DNA of 18,697 bases from assembly GCA_046484245.1 (NCBI GenBank), contig JAWOBN010000017.1, forward strand, positions 1 to 18,697. The letters are read 5' to 3'. The translations under genes were made by a program, and so were the position numbers. The stretch comes from a bacterium (GTDB taxonomy: Bacteria > Hydrothermota > 32-111). The notes below the pieces were generated by a model, which ran no database searches, was not told where the DNA came from, and was given only the letters and a program-made list of their open reading frames with translations. This document shows positions 8,508 to 18,233 of this stretch, one piece after another (the stretch's first letter is position 1; each line of letters starts with the position of its first letter).

Positions 8508-10011
8508 AATACCTTATACCCCAGAACTCACTGAATCTATTCTCCATATCCCTGCCATTGATTGACGCAGACCCGGCTGTCTTGTACAGGACACCAATGG
8601 AGAAATCCGGACTATTGTCATAGACAGTCCCGCAGCTCAGTGAATCATTATTGAATGCATCCTCTCCGCTCATATCAAAGAGCATTCCCGATGACATGAG
8701 CATTGCTGAACCCTGTGAATACACAGTGCCTGAGTATATGTCATTGCCGCTGTAATCAGAGAGTATGCCTGCTGAAGAGTGCCTGGCAAATCCCTGTGAG
8801 TATGACAATGCTTCATATCTGTCATTACCGGCATTGTCAGCAAGAACACCTGCACCATTATGCGCTCCGCAGCCCTGGGAGAATTCACCTGAAATATATA
8901 TGTCATTGCCCCGTGTGTCATAGAGAAGCCCCATTGAGAAATGCGCGCCAAAGCCCTGTGAATATCCGCCTGCTGTGTATCTGTCATTACCGTCAAGGTC
9001 TGCCAGCACAGCGGTCCCGCCTATGCCTCCTGCCGGTTCACCGTCAGAAGCGCCCTGCGTGTAACGGGCATCCGACATATATCTGTCATTGCCTTCAATA
9101 TCCGCAAGAATACTGATGCCTTTGCCTGCAGCAGATGACTGAGAGTAACTGCCTGACATATAGATGTCATCACCACTCTCATCAGACAGTACTGACAGGC
9201 CGTTATGTGAAAAACAGAGAGAGAAATCCCCGCCTGTATATATATCATTGCCGCTTCTGTCATCAATCAGTGCAGCACCGTTTGATGAAAAACACAAACT
9301 GCTGTCAGGGCCTATGTATTGGTCATGACCCTCAAGGTCAATAATGCATGCAAAACCATTCACCCCGCCTGCAATGGAATACGGACCCGTTCCTATATAC
9401 CTGTCATTGCCTCCCGGGTCAAAGATTATTGTATTGGGACCGGACAGTATGTATGTATCATCACCCATTGAGCCCCTTATCACAGTGAGTGTGTCATCGT
9501 ATATCACTCCCCGCGAAAGAGGGTATGATGAGAACAATGCAGTGAGCTCGTCATTATCCGATTCCATTATCTGCTCAATGATATATGCATATTTATACAG
9601 TGCAACACTGTCATACCGGCTTTTGGCTGCCCCGCGAAATGAGCGGCTCTGCTGCCAGCATGAATCAATGAAGGATGCCAGTACAGGGCTGCCGCTCCTG
9701 CTGAATACCTTAAGGAGTGTTTTGAATCTGTTCATTTCAGTGAACTCGCCTGTGTCAATGTACTTGATAAGCCTCAGCCATGCATTTCGCTCTATCATGT
9801 CAAGAAGACGGACCGAATAATCCTCATAGGAATACGGTGCCTCCAGTATTCCCCTCACTGATGAGGGTGCATCAGACCTCAGATAACCGGCAGGCCTCTC
9901 CATAATAGACGGGTCCTTGCCTAATGTGCCCAGTGCACTGACAAGCGCCTTTTCATTTGCCTGCAGCAGTATGCAGAATATTATCACAATAAACAGAATG
10001 AACTTTCTCAT
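8494..10011 (-). CDS. Exported protein with tandem DxxGxDxY repeats (putative Ca-binding beta-solenoid)
   Basis: Signal peptide and a helical N-terminal part, followed by ten ~26-aa repeats. Confidence 0.8.
   Translation of the reverse strand: MRKFILFIVIIFCILLQANEKALVSALGTLGKDPSIMERPAGYLRSDAPSSVRGILEAPYSYEDYSVRLLDMIERNAWLRLIKYIDTGEFTEMNRFKTLLKVFSRSGSPVLASFIDSCWQQSRSFRGAAKSRYDSVALYKYAYIIEQIMESDNDELTALFSSYPLSRGVIYDDTLTVIRGSMGDDTYILSGPNTIIFDPGGNDRYIGTGPYSIAGGVNGFACIIDLEGHDQYIGPDSSLCFSSNGAALIDDRSGNDIYTGGDFSLCFSHNGLSVLSDESGDDIYMSGSYSQSSAAGKGISILADIEGNDRYMSDARYTQGASDGEPAGGIGGTAVLADLDGNDRYTAGGYSQGFGAHFSMGLLYDTRGNDIYISGEFSQGCGAHNGAGVLADNAGNDRYEALSYSQGFARHSSAGILSDYSGNDIYSGTVYSQGSAMLMSSGMLFDMSGEDAFNNDSLSCGTVYDNSPDFSIGVLYKTAGSASINGRDMENRFSEFWGIRYYAND
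8652..9468 (-). repeat. Array of ten ~26-aa repeats, consensus approx. G-x-L-x-D-x-x-G-N-D-x-Y-x(4)-SQG
   Basis: DPGGNDRY, DLEGHDQY, DRSGNDIY, DESGDDIY, DIEGNDRY, DLDGNDRY, DTRGNDIY, DNAGNDRY, DYSGNDIY and DMSGEDAF, plus a partial GDDTY. Confidence 0.9.
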
Positions 10012-11049
10012 CTACTTCCCTGAAGTTTCCGGAAGCGAGAATGTCTTCAGAATTGTGGCTGTTTCCATTAATTTGAAGAATTTCCTCTTGCCGGGATTGT
10101 ATATATGGCCGTCCATCACAAGCATTCCGCCCTGAGTATGGATAATATAGGCAATGAACGGTCCGCCGTAATTATTCTCATCATTGGACCATACGCCCAT
10201 TATCTGACGGGCCGGATAATCATTGACCTCCACTGTGTCCATGGAGAGTTTGATATAAGAGGTATCAATATAATCCCCCTGCCAGTGCAGGCTGCCCATT
10301 GTATTGCGCCAGTTGAAGAAATCCTCCAGTGTGAAACTGTCCATTCCCTTTCTGTAAGATACAGTTACAACCCTCTCGGGATGATGACTGATAGCAGAGA
10401 ATGTATTTGTGGCGGAATCATAATAGGAGAATGTATAATCAGACGGTATATCCATGGCAAGGCTTGTCTTCTCTTTTACCTGTTTTGTGAGGTCTTTGTT
10501 GAGTCCTGTGAAAAACACCATATTGTGAAGGGGCCTGTGGGCATTCTGAATGAAGAAACGCCTTATGGCACTGCCATTGAGATCAATGAATTCTCCTATC
10601 AGCTCGCCGTCCGTGCCTGCAATTATCAGTATATTCTGCCCCCTGGCAAATCCGTCAAAGACAGAGAAACTCATCACACCATTATCCTTGATTCTCTCAA
10701 TATTCTCATCAGACAAGAAAGCATTGATGATCTTTGAATAATTGTCATCACGGTTGATATTTGTTATAAAGAGTATGTTCTTGCTTCTCTTGTACATGTC
10801 CAGCTCATTGTATTTCACATGCTCCATCTTGAATACTGATTCCCTTACAGGGAGGAATACCTCCTCATAGAGATTATCCACCAGCTGGCCCTCAATCTTC
10901 GCATATACTGTCATCGGGGTGCACACAGCAATCTCGGATACTCTCCCTGTCGCATATTCCTTGATTGATTTCCTGTCACTGTCACTGCATGAGATTGTAA
11001 GAATCATCATGCAGAGAATTATTACAGCACTAAATCTCTTTGAGTTCAT
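10012..11049 (-). CDS. Lipoprotein, DUF4837-like
   Basis: Lipobox LTISC. The FARGQ, GVW...GGPFIAY and DGHIYNPG.RK motifs match my recollection of the DUF4837 family; no search was run. Confidence 0.7.
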   Translation of the reverse strand: MNSKRFSAVIILCMMILTISCSDSDRKSIKEYATGRVSEIAVCTPMTVYAKIEGQLVDNLYEEVFLPVRESVFKMEHVKYNELDMYKRSKNILFITNINRDDNYSKIINAFLSDENIERIKDNGVMSFSVFDGFARGQNILIIAGTDGELIGEFIDLNGSAIRRFFIQNAHRPLHNMVFFTGLNKDLTKQVKEKTSLAMDIPSDYTFSYYDSATNTFSAISHHPERVVTVSYRKGMDSFTLEDFFNWRNTMGSLHWQGDYIDTSYIKLSMDTVEVNDYPARQIMGVWSNDENNYGGPFIAYIIHTQGGMLVMDGHIYNPGKRKFFKLMETATILKTFSLPETSGK

Positions 11050-13081
11050 CCTCTATTCTCCTTTTTAATTTTATTTTAACATATCTGTTGTCCAATTTCA
11101 ATAAATCCGGGTCATTTTTCAAAAGAGAACCACTGTCACTGAATGCCCTTTTCATCAATTCATAATCACGAGCAGGGTCTGCATACAAGAAACCGGGCAT
11201 ACCGTGCTGCCGTTTGCCCCACATCTCGCCGGGTCCCCTCAGCTGCAGGTCCCTCTCGGCAATTGCAAAACCGTCATTTGTGCCTGCAATGGTCTTGAGC
11301 CTCTCCAATCCTGTTTCTGTCACCTTATCACCTGACAGGAGGAAACAGTATGACTGCTTGCTGCTTCTGCCTACCCTGCCCCTCAACTGATGGAGCTGTG
11401 AGAGCCCGAATCTCTCTGCATTGTGAATGATCATCACAGTGGCATCTTTTATATCTATTCCCACCTCAATGACTGTTGTGCCTATTATCACATCCGTTTT
11501 ACCGGCCTTGAGTTTCTCCATTATAGAGTCCCTCTCTTCACCGGGGATGCGTGAATGCACTATATCAATACTGTATTTGCTCAGTGGACCTGACAAGAGC
11601 TCTTTATAGAGATTCTCCACGGATTTCACATCTATCTTGCTCTCCTCGTCAATTGCAGGTGATACGACAAAACACTTCTCGCCCCTGTCAAGGAGCTTCC
11701 TTGTAAAGGAGTACATTGCATTCTGCTCACTGCCTGCGACCCATTTGGTCTTTACCGGCTTTCTGTCATGAGGTTTATTCTTCAGCACGGAACTGTCCAT
11801 ATCCCCGTAAATCATCATTGTCATTGAGCGGGGTATGGGTGTTGCTGTCATGATTAGATAGTCAGGATCATCCGCCTTGGTTCTAAGCTTATTCCTCTGT
11901 ACAACTCCGAATCTGTGCTGTTCATCTATCACTATCATTTTAAGATTCTTAAACTGCACATAGTCCTCAAGGAGGGCATGTGTGCCTATTATGATATCAG
12001 TATGACCGCTTTTAATTTTCTTCACTGTATCATCCGTATTCTTCACTGAGCTTGACAGTATGTCCACTGTGATATTCATATCTGTGAGATACTGCTGTAT
12101 CTTCCTGTAATGCTGATGAGCAAGTATCTCCGTGGGAGCCATTATTGCAGCCTGATAGCCGTTCTCCACAGAATGGAGCATTGAGAGCAATGCAACAACT
12201 GTCTTGCCTGAACCCACATCACCTATGAGGAGGCGGTTCATCGGATACCGGCTGTCCATATCCGATTCTATCTCCTTTACTGCATTCTTCTGATCATCGG
12301 TTAATTCAAAATGGAGTATGTCAATAAGTTTCTGCGTGAGCTTGCCGGATACAGTGTACTGATGCTCCTTGACCTTTCTGTTTCTCTGCCTTCGTACAGC
12401 AAGTACAAGACCTGCATAGAAGAGTTCCGCATACTTCATGCGCTGAATGGATTTCTCCAGCATCTCCTCTGAAACAGGGAAATGGAGATTCTCCACAGCT
12501 TCATTGATCTCGGGGAAACCGTACTGCTCCCGTATAATACCGGGGAGGTCCTCCTCCACACTTACCGGATTCTTCTTTATCAGATTATAGACGATTTTCC
12601 TTATATATCTCTGCGAGAGTCCTGCTGTTGTTGAATAGACAGGGACAATGCGGCCAGTGTGAATGAGCTCCCTGCTTGAACTGTCCATTATCTCATACTC
12701 GGGGTGTATGAATTCACCTACACCGCCTCTCAGGTCTATCTTGCCAGAGAGTATTATGTATTCCCCTTCCTTGACATACTGGCCGACATATCTGTTATTG
12801 AACCACTTGGCGTAGAAGTATCTTTCACCTGACTTTACAACTGCATTGAATATGCGTTTCCTCCGCCTTGTGAACGACTCGCCTGTCTCCATTACAGTGC
12901 CTGTGATTGTCGTGTATTCATTATGCTTTATGTCTTCACTGTCTGATATATTCCTGTTGATATACCGCATAGGGGGGTATAGAAGCAGATCCCTCACTGT
13001 CTCAATCCCGAGACGGGTGAATTTCTCCATCATCTTGGGGCCCACACCCTTAACGTAGCGTATTGAATCACTGCCCTTCAT
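11030..13081 (-). CDS. recG: ATP-dependent DNA helicase RecG
   Basis: KGVGPK N-terminus, wedge OB domain, GDVGSGKT, DEQHRFGV, TATPIPRS, QLHQLRGRVGR and DLQLRGPGE motifs. Confidence 0.99.
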   Translation of the reverse strand: MKGSDSIRYVKGVGPKMMEKFTRLGIETVRDLLLYPPMRYINRNISDSEDIKHNEYTTITGTVMETGESFTRRRKRIFNAVVKSGERYFYAKWFNNRYVGQYVKEGEYIILSGKIDLRGGVGEFIHPEYEIMDSSSRELIHTGRIVPVYSTTAGLSQRYIRKIVYNLIKKNPVSVEEDLPGIIREQYGFPEINEAVENLHFPVSEEMLEKSIQRMKYAELFYAGLVLAVRRQRNRKVKEHQYTVSGKLTQKLIDILHFELTDDQKNAVKEIESDMDSRYPMNRLLIGDVGSGKTVVALLSMLHSVENGYQAAIMAPTEILAHQHYRKIQQYLTDMNITVDILSSSVKNTDDTVKKIKSGHTDIIIGTHALLEDYVQFKNLKMIVIDEQHRFGVVQRNKLRTKADDPDYLIMTATPIPRSMTMMIYGDMDSSVLKNKPHDRKPVKTKWVAGSEQNAMYSFTRKLLDRGEKCFVVSPAIDEESKIDVKSVENLYKELLSGPLSKYSIDIVHSRIPGEERDSIMEKLKAGKTDVIIGTTVIEVGIDIKDATVMIIHNAERFGLSQLHQLRGRVGRSSKQSYCFLLSGDKVTETGLERLKTIAGTNDGFAIAERDLQLRGPGEMWGKRQHGMPGFLYADPARDYELMKRAFSDSGSLLKNDPDLLKLDNRYVKIKLKRRIEDELKEI

Positions 13082-13632
13082 TCTGATTCCAGTCTGAAAT
13101 GCGGTGACTTGAATCCGCCGAGACGGTACAGATGCATGAAAGCAGGCAGATCCATCTCTATTACCCTCAATGAATAATCCTCATTCATCTCCATAATTGA
13201 TACATCATCCTCACTGCCTTCCCTCTCAGTTCTTGAAACAATGCGGAATATACTGTCACTTTCTGTTACAATTATTCTTGATTTTATTTGCCTGTCAGGC
13301 CCCGGCCTGTGTTCAGTGCCCTCATAGACTATTGTATCCGTTCTGAGAGGCAGCACCATCCTTGTTCTCAGCGGCGAATAGCGCACAGTAAAAGAGAGAA
13401 GTCCTGCTGAGAATCTCCTGTACTTGACTTTCAGTGTATCCCCTCTCAGTGTGAGTGCCTCCAGGTAATGGAGAATGCCCACACGGGCTTCTATGACAGT
13501 GTCACTGTCTGTCCGGCCTACAAACACCTCAATTGTCCTGCCTGACTCTGCGTCTTTCAGCTGATAATCCCCGAAAAAGCTGTTCAGTTCAGGAAGTGAT
13601 ATAAGAAGAAGCAGTATAAGCGGATATGTCAT
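13078..13632 (-). CDS. Hypothetical protein with N-terminal hydrophobic segment, beta-rich
   Basis: It fills the gap between mutS and recG with ATGA overlaps on both sides. No family recognised. Confidence 0.7.
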   Translation of the reverse strand: MTYPLILLLLISLPELNSFFGDYQLKDAESGRTIEVFVGRTDSDTVIEARVGILHYLEALTLRGDTLKVKYRRFSAGLLSFTVRYSPLRTRMVLPLRTDTIVYEGTEHRPGPDRQIKSRIIVTESDSIFRIVSRTEREGSEDDVSIMEMNEDYSLRVIEMDLPAFMHLYRLGGFKSPHFRLESE

Positions 13633-16184
13633 TCTTCGTTATCCAGATGTTTCTTCATTCTGCTAAGCATGAGCAATGCCTCAAGCGGGGTGAGATTGTC
13701 AATATCCGTCTCTTTGATGTCCTGAAGAACAGGGTGATTGGCAGGCGCCTTTTTCTCAATCCCGGAGAATAACCGCAATTGCTCCATATCCCGTATCTTG
13801 TCCCTGATATTGTCCTCATTCTCCTTGAGGAGTGTCAGTATGGTGTATCCGTTGTTTATAATACTGTCCGGGAATCCCGCCATCTTTGCCACTTCAATGC
13901 CATAGCTCTCATCACTCTTGCCCTGGACTATTTTCTTGAGATATACAATGGAGTGCTCCGATTTTCTGATCTTTGTTGTATAATTCTTCATCCTCTCCAG
14001 TTTGATCTCCAGTTCAGTGAGTTCATGGTAATGTGTTGCAAAGAGTGTATTGGGTCTTCTCTCACTCTCATGGAGATACTCAACTATTGCCCAGGCAATG
14101 GACAGTCCGTCAAATGTGGATGTGCCCCTGCCTATTTCATCCAGTATAATAAAACTCCTGTCTGTCATATTATTTATGATATTGGCACTCTCAAGCATCT
14201 CTGCCATGAATGTGGATACGCCGCTTGAAATATCATCCGATGCGCCTATGCGTGTGAAAATCCTGTCTGTTACGGGAATGCGGGCTGTATCTGCAGGCAC
14301 GAACATTCCCAGATGAGCCATGTATATGATAAGTGCATTCTGCCTCAGATAGGTTGATTTACCGGACATATTGGGGCCTGTGAGGAGAATGATCTGCGTC
14401 TCCTTGTCCATCTTGAGATTATTGGGTATGAACTTGCCTGTCATTGTAACCTGCTCCACAACAGGATGACGCCCGTTCTCAATCCTGATATCCCTGCCGT
14501 CAGTGATCTCCGGTCTCCTGTAATCAAATGCAATTGCTGTCTGTGCAAATGTCACAATGAGGTCAATTAGAGCCACTGTAAGGCTTACGGCCTTTATATC
14601 ATCATAGTAGCGGGCAATACTGTCAAGTACTCCCATGAAGAGCTCTTTCTCCAGTTTGACGAGCCTGTCATTGGCATGGAGTATGGAATTCTCATATTCC
14701 TTCAGCTGCGGTGTGGTGTATCTCTGTGAATTCTTCAGTGTCTGCTTCCACTTGTAATGAACCGGCACCTTGTCATTATTTGCCTTTGTCACCTCAATAT
14801 AGTATCCTGCTATTGAATTGTAGCCTATCTTCAGTGTATTGATGCCTGTCTCTTTTCTCTCCTTCTCCTCCATATCCCTTATCCGTGATGCAGTATTCAC
14901 TGATATGCCGGATAATTCGTCATACTCCCGGGAATATCCCTCTTTTATGACATGCTCCTTGCTGCCTGAGAGTATCTTCTCCCTGTCAAGAGCAGCACCG
15001 GTCAGTTCAATCACCTCACTGAGTTCTTTGAGGTCATCATGGTATTTCTCAAATCCTGCTGAAGCCAGTTCCCTCTTCAGCAGTGGAATGAGTTTCAGGG
15101 CATCGCTGAGCATTATAACATCACGGAAACCCGCTTTCCTTGTGACAATACGCGTTGATATTCTTTCAATATCCCCCATATCCCTCAATATGCCCATTAT
15201 ACTGTCAATAATTCTCGGGTTTTTGAAGAATAACTCCACATCCGAGAGGTGCCGGGCAATCTGCTCCTTTTTGAGGAATGGATGAATCATCCTCTCCCTC
15301 AGTTTCCTGGCGCCCATAGGAGTGCAGGTATGGTCAATAACAGAGAGGAATGAATTCTCGTATTCCCCTGTATTGCGTTTGAATATCTCCAGATTCCTCA
15401 ATGTCTGTCTGTCTATATACATGCTTTCGCCTGTATCCTCAAATCTCAATTGTCTTATCTGCTCAATACTGTCCTTCTGATTCTCCGCAATATACTGGAG
15501 CAGTGTGCCTGCAGCCATTATAGATGCGTCCCTGTCAAAACCCAGACCTCTCAGGGAAGTGACATTGAAATGACTCTTCAGTATTCTCTCGCACTCTCCC
15601 CGGGAGAAATAGTAATCAGGGAGATAGCGTATATTACTGCCGTCTATCTTTGTGTTATTCTCACTGACGAGTATCTCGCTTATCTGAGCTTTATCCAGAT
15701 AATCCATCATCTGTTCATTATCGGGAAAAAGAATAATCCTGAATTCACCTGTTGATATGTCACTGAGAGCAGCAGCATTGTCCTCATTGTGAGAAGCAAA
15801 GGAGGCAATATAATTGTTCTTCTTGTCCTTGAGCAGTGACTGGCGCATTACAGTGCCGGGTGTGAGGACCTCAACAACACCCCTCTTGACTAGTTTGGAG
15901 CCCTTCTTCGGTTCTTCAAGCTGTTCGCATACAGCCAGTTTCTTGCCTGCCTTGACAAGCTTCACTATATACATGTCAGCACTCTTGACCGGGAAACCGG
16001 CCATGGGTATTGTTTCATCCTTGTAATTTCTTGCAGTGAGGGTAATACCGAGCACCTTGGAGACATCCTTGGCATCACTGTAGAATGTCTCGTAGAAATC
16101 CCCCATTCTGAAGAGGAGAATAGAGTCGCGGTACTTGGATTTTATTTTGTGATACTGCTGCATCAAGGGGGTTCTGGAAGACAT
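13629..16184 (-). CDS. mutS: DNA mismatch repair protein MutS (MutS1)
   Basis: TPLMQQY, FRMGDFYE, TGPNMSGKST, STFMAEM, DEIGRGTS, FATHYHEL and SYGIEVA motifs, and a C-terminal tetramerisation tail. Start reassigned to ATG 16184 (TAATG overlap, GAAGGTGG RBS). Confidence 0.99.
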   Translation of the reverse strand: MSSRTPLMQQYHKIKSKYRDSILLFRMGDFYETFYSDAKDVSKVLGITLTARNYKDETIPMAGFPVKSADMYIVKLVKAGKKLAVCEQLEEPKKGSKLVKRGVVEVLTPGTVMRQSLLKDKKNNYIASFASHNEDNAAALSDISTGEFRIILFPDNEQMMDYLDKAQISEILVSENNTKIDGSNIRYLPDYYFSRGECERILKSHFNVTSLRGLGFDRDASIMAAGTLLQYIAENQKDSIEQIRQLRFEDTGESMYIDRQTLRNLEIFKRNTGEYENSFLSVIDHTCTPMGARKLRERMIHPFLKKEQIARHLSDVELFFKNPRIIDSIMGILRDMGDIERISTRIVTRKAGFRDVIMLSDALKLIPLLKRELASAGFEKYHDDLKELSEVIELTGAALDREKILSGSKEHVIKEGYSREYDELSGISVNTASRIRDMEEKERKETGINTLKIGYNSIAGYYIEVTKANNDKVPVHYKWKQTLKNSQRYTTPQLKEYENSILHANDRLVKLEKELFMGVLDSIARYYDDIKAVSLTVALIDLIVTFAQTAIAFDYRRPEITDGRDIRIENGRHPVVEQVTMTGKFIPNNLKMDKETQIILLTGPNMSGKSTYLRQNALIIYMAHLGMFVPADTARIPVTDRIFTRIGASDDISSGVSTFMAEMLESANIINNMTDRSFIILDEIGRGTSTFDGLSIAWAIVEYLHESERRPNTLFATHYHELTELEIKLERMKNYTTKIRKSEHSIVYLKKIVQGKSDESYGIEVAKMAGFPDSIINNGYTILTLLKENEDNIRDKIRDMEQLRLFSGIEKKAPANHPVLQDIKETDIDNLTPLEALLMLSRMKKHLDNEE

Positions 16185-16906
16185 TAATCCACCTTCACCA
16201 CCCATACACTGATTCCCTCTGCTTTCTGAAGCACTTGGGCATACCTCTCTGCTTTGGTCCTGTCATTGAACCTGCCTATCATGACCTTGTAGAGATCCTG
16301 TATCTTGACAACAAAAGCATCATATCCTTTTGACCTCAATTCAGCTGCCTGCTCGGATGCATTATCCTCGCTGCTGTAAGCTCCTGTCTGAATAGTGTAA
16401 TAATCCTCTATATCCTTTGTATGTGACATGCCCGTGCTCTTGAAGTACTCATTGTACGGGCTGTCGGGATACTGGTCATTTAGCTGCATTATGTAATCCT
16501 CCGCTTTCTTGTTTGCACCCCTGCTTTCATAATAACCGATAAGCATGAGAAGAGCATCATCACCAAGGGTTGATTGCGAGTACATCAGTTTCTGAAGCAT
16601 ATCTGTCATCTCTGATGTGTCGTCTATCATCTGATAGTATTTTGCCAGCCTGTAGCGCGCATTGTCATAAAAAGGCGAATCATTGTATTTATTGACAATC
16701 TGCCTGTACAGTGTCACGGATTTGGCTATATCTGTTGTCAATTCCCCGTAATAATACAGCACTGAATCAGACGGCAGTTTATTGTCATTGACAGCACTGT
16801 AGTATAATTCGGATAATGCCTCCACATTGTTCTCCGTATAAAGTTCATAGATTGATGCTGACAGAATCATGGGCAATATGAGTAAAAGACAGATTATTCC
16901 TTTCAT
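16184..16906 (-). CDS. Periplasmic TPR + SPOR domain protein
   Basis: Signal peptide, TPR-like repeats (YRQIVNKYNDS, LNDQYPDSPY) and a C-terminal SPOR domain (YTIQTGAYSSEDNA...YKVMIGRF). Confidence 0.9.
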   Translation of the reverse strand: MKGIICLLLILPMILSASIYELYTENNVEALSELYYSAVNDNKLPSDSVLYYYGELTTDIAKSVTLYRQIVNKYNDSPFYDNARYRLAKYYQMIDDTSEMTDMLQKLMYSQSTLGDDALLMLIGYYESRGANKKAEDYIMQLNDQYPDSPYNEYFKSTGMSHTKDIEDYYTIQTGAYSSEDNASEQAAELRSKGYDAFVVKIQDLYKVMIGRFNDRTKAERYAQVLQKAEGISVWVVKVD

Positions 16907-17874
16907 TTCTCTTCCCTGAAGAGAGGCAGATATTTTTCATTATGTGTAAGAAGCAGGGCCTCTCTGATTACACCTGAATGCTTTCTTACACTGTCTTTAT
17001 GATGCTTCCTCAGTTCCTCAAGCAGCACCCTCACCCTCCTGTCATCCCTCTGGTCTGCAAAATCAGCAAAGAGCATGAGCACATTGAGTGTGAGACGGTT
17101 GAGATTCCCGCTTGATATTCTATTGACTGTCTCCATCGGTTCATTGAGTGTTTTTATCCACTCAAAGAGCTGAATAAATACATTCTGTGAATATATTTTA
17201 TCGCCGGTGTGTTTCATGAGAAGGTCCATAAGGGGCTTATAATTGCTTTTATGCTTGTAGTAATCAATATACGGATAAACGAGGGATGAATCATTGAAAC
17301 CCTCTCCGATTGCAAACTCAAGCAGTTTGATATCGCCCTGTTTCCTGTAAACATCCAGTATGAATGACTGCATCTCTTTTCTTCCCGATAATTCGCTGAG
17401 CATTGCAATATTGAAATAATTGCCTGTGAGTATCTCCAGTTTATAATGCAGTATCTTCTCCTCATTATCCGGTCTTTTGAATACACCGAACAGTGACTCC
17501 GTTATCTCCATTGCCTGGGCGTATTTACCCATATGATAGAGATTGAGTGCAGTGAGATATTTAATATCATTGTTAATGCTCTTGGGCAGTGATTTATTGG
17601 CTGAGATTGTAATGAACATATTGTATGATTTATTGTACTGACCCGCATTGTAATAGGCAAATCCCTTGAGTATATAGTTGAATATATTGTCCCTTTCATA
17701 ATCAATGAGTTTTTCAATGGATTTGATATCCACATTCCTTCCCGAGAAGAGCTTTACTATGATCTCATAGTATTTATTCTCAGACACCTCTCTTCTGCGC
17801 CTTATCAGAATAATGATTATAATGAGGAGTATAGCTGTAATTATTCCAAATGCCGAGTAAAGAGTCATATTCAT
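16903..17874 (-). CDS. Membrane-anchored TPR-like protein at the position usually occupied by lapB
   Basis: N-terminal TM helix followed by RRRR, and TPR-like helices (KGFAYYNAGQYNKS, ALNLYHMGKYAQA). It overlaps lapA by ATGA. Confidence 0.6.
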   Translation of the reverse strand: MNMTLYSAFGIITAILLIIIIILIRRRREVSENKYYEIIVKLFSGRNVDIKSIEKLIDYERDNIFNYILKGFAYYNAGQYNKSYNMFITISANKSLPKSINNDIKYLTALNLYHMGKYAQAMEITESLFGVFKRPDNEEKILHYKLEILTGNYFNIAMLSELSGRKEMQSFILDVYRKQGDIKLLEFAIGEGFNDSSLVYPYIDYYKHKSNYKPLMDLLMKHTGDKIYSQNVFIQLFEWIKTLNEPMETVNRISSGNLNRLTLNVLMLFADFADQRDDRRVRVLLEELRKHHKDSVRKHSGVIREALLLTHNEKYLPLFREEK

Positions 17875-18233
17875 TTACTGTCCTTCTCTTCTTCCTCTTC
17901 CTCTTCCTCTTCCTCTATTTCGGGTGTCTCTGCCTCCACAGATACATTCTCTGCAACAAGGTCGCGCACCCTGTTGAGTTCCTCCTGGAGATTTGCTATG
18001 CGTTTCTTGAGCCGCCATATCTTCGTTCTCTGCTTTATTTCATATACAACAGCAATGAGCATAATAATTATCATTCCAAAGAGCATTGATTCCAGCATGA
18101 TAAGGGACAGTGAGAGGTTCTTGAAATTCCACCAGAGAATATTGACCTCAACAATTGTTGAGCCATTCTGTGTCCCTATGATAATACCCACAATAATTAT
18201 AACAGCGGATATAAGAATGTTTAAAAGATACAT
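17871..18233 (-). CDS. lapA: LapA family (DUF1049) membrane protein
   Basis: Layout is TM, QN...VEVNILWW, TM, then coiled coil; acidic tail; GGAGG RBS. Confidence 0.85.
   Translation of the reverse strand: MYLLNILISAVIIIVGIIIGTQNGSTIVEVNILWWNFKNLSLSLIMLESMLFGMIIIMLIAVVYEIKQRTKIWRLKKRIANLQEELNRVRDLVAENVSVEAETPEIEEEEEEEEEEKDSK
17891..17914 (-). repeat. Hexanucleotide tandem repeat (CTTCCT x4 on +) within the poly-Glu tail of LapA
   Basis: Directly visible; it encodes part of a 10-Glu run. Confidence 0.85.

Noticed and set aside
8652..9468. Recurring tgtcattgcc-like DNA motifs at ~78-bp spacing as a CRISPR array
   Set aside because: The motifs are short, degenerate and in frame. They are the codons of the GND protein repeat, and no cas genes are present.
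10105..10737. 210-aa + strand ORF (and other antisense or alternate-frame ORFs such as 9344-9820, 13779-14228, 14839-15285, 1706-2122)
   Set aside because: They lie wholly within well-supported genes, show no recognisable motifs, and look like shadow ORFs.
10975..13510. Frequent (c)actgtcact motifs
   Set aside because: They are explained by Ser-Asp-Ser (AGT GAC AGT) codon usage on the coding strand and show no regular spacing.
16185..16205. MutS N-terminal extension MGGEGGL
   Set aside because: It overlaps the SPOR gene. ATG 16184 has an RBS and matches the usual MutS start just before TPLMQQY.
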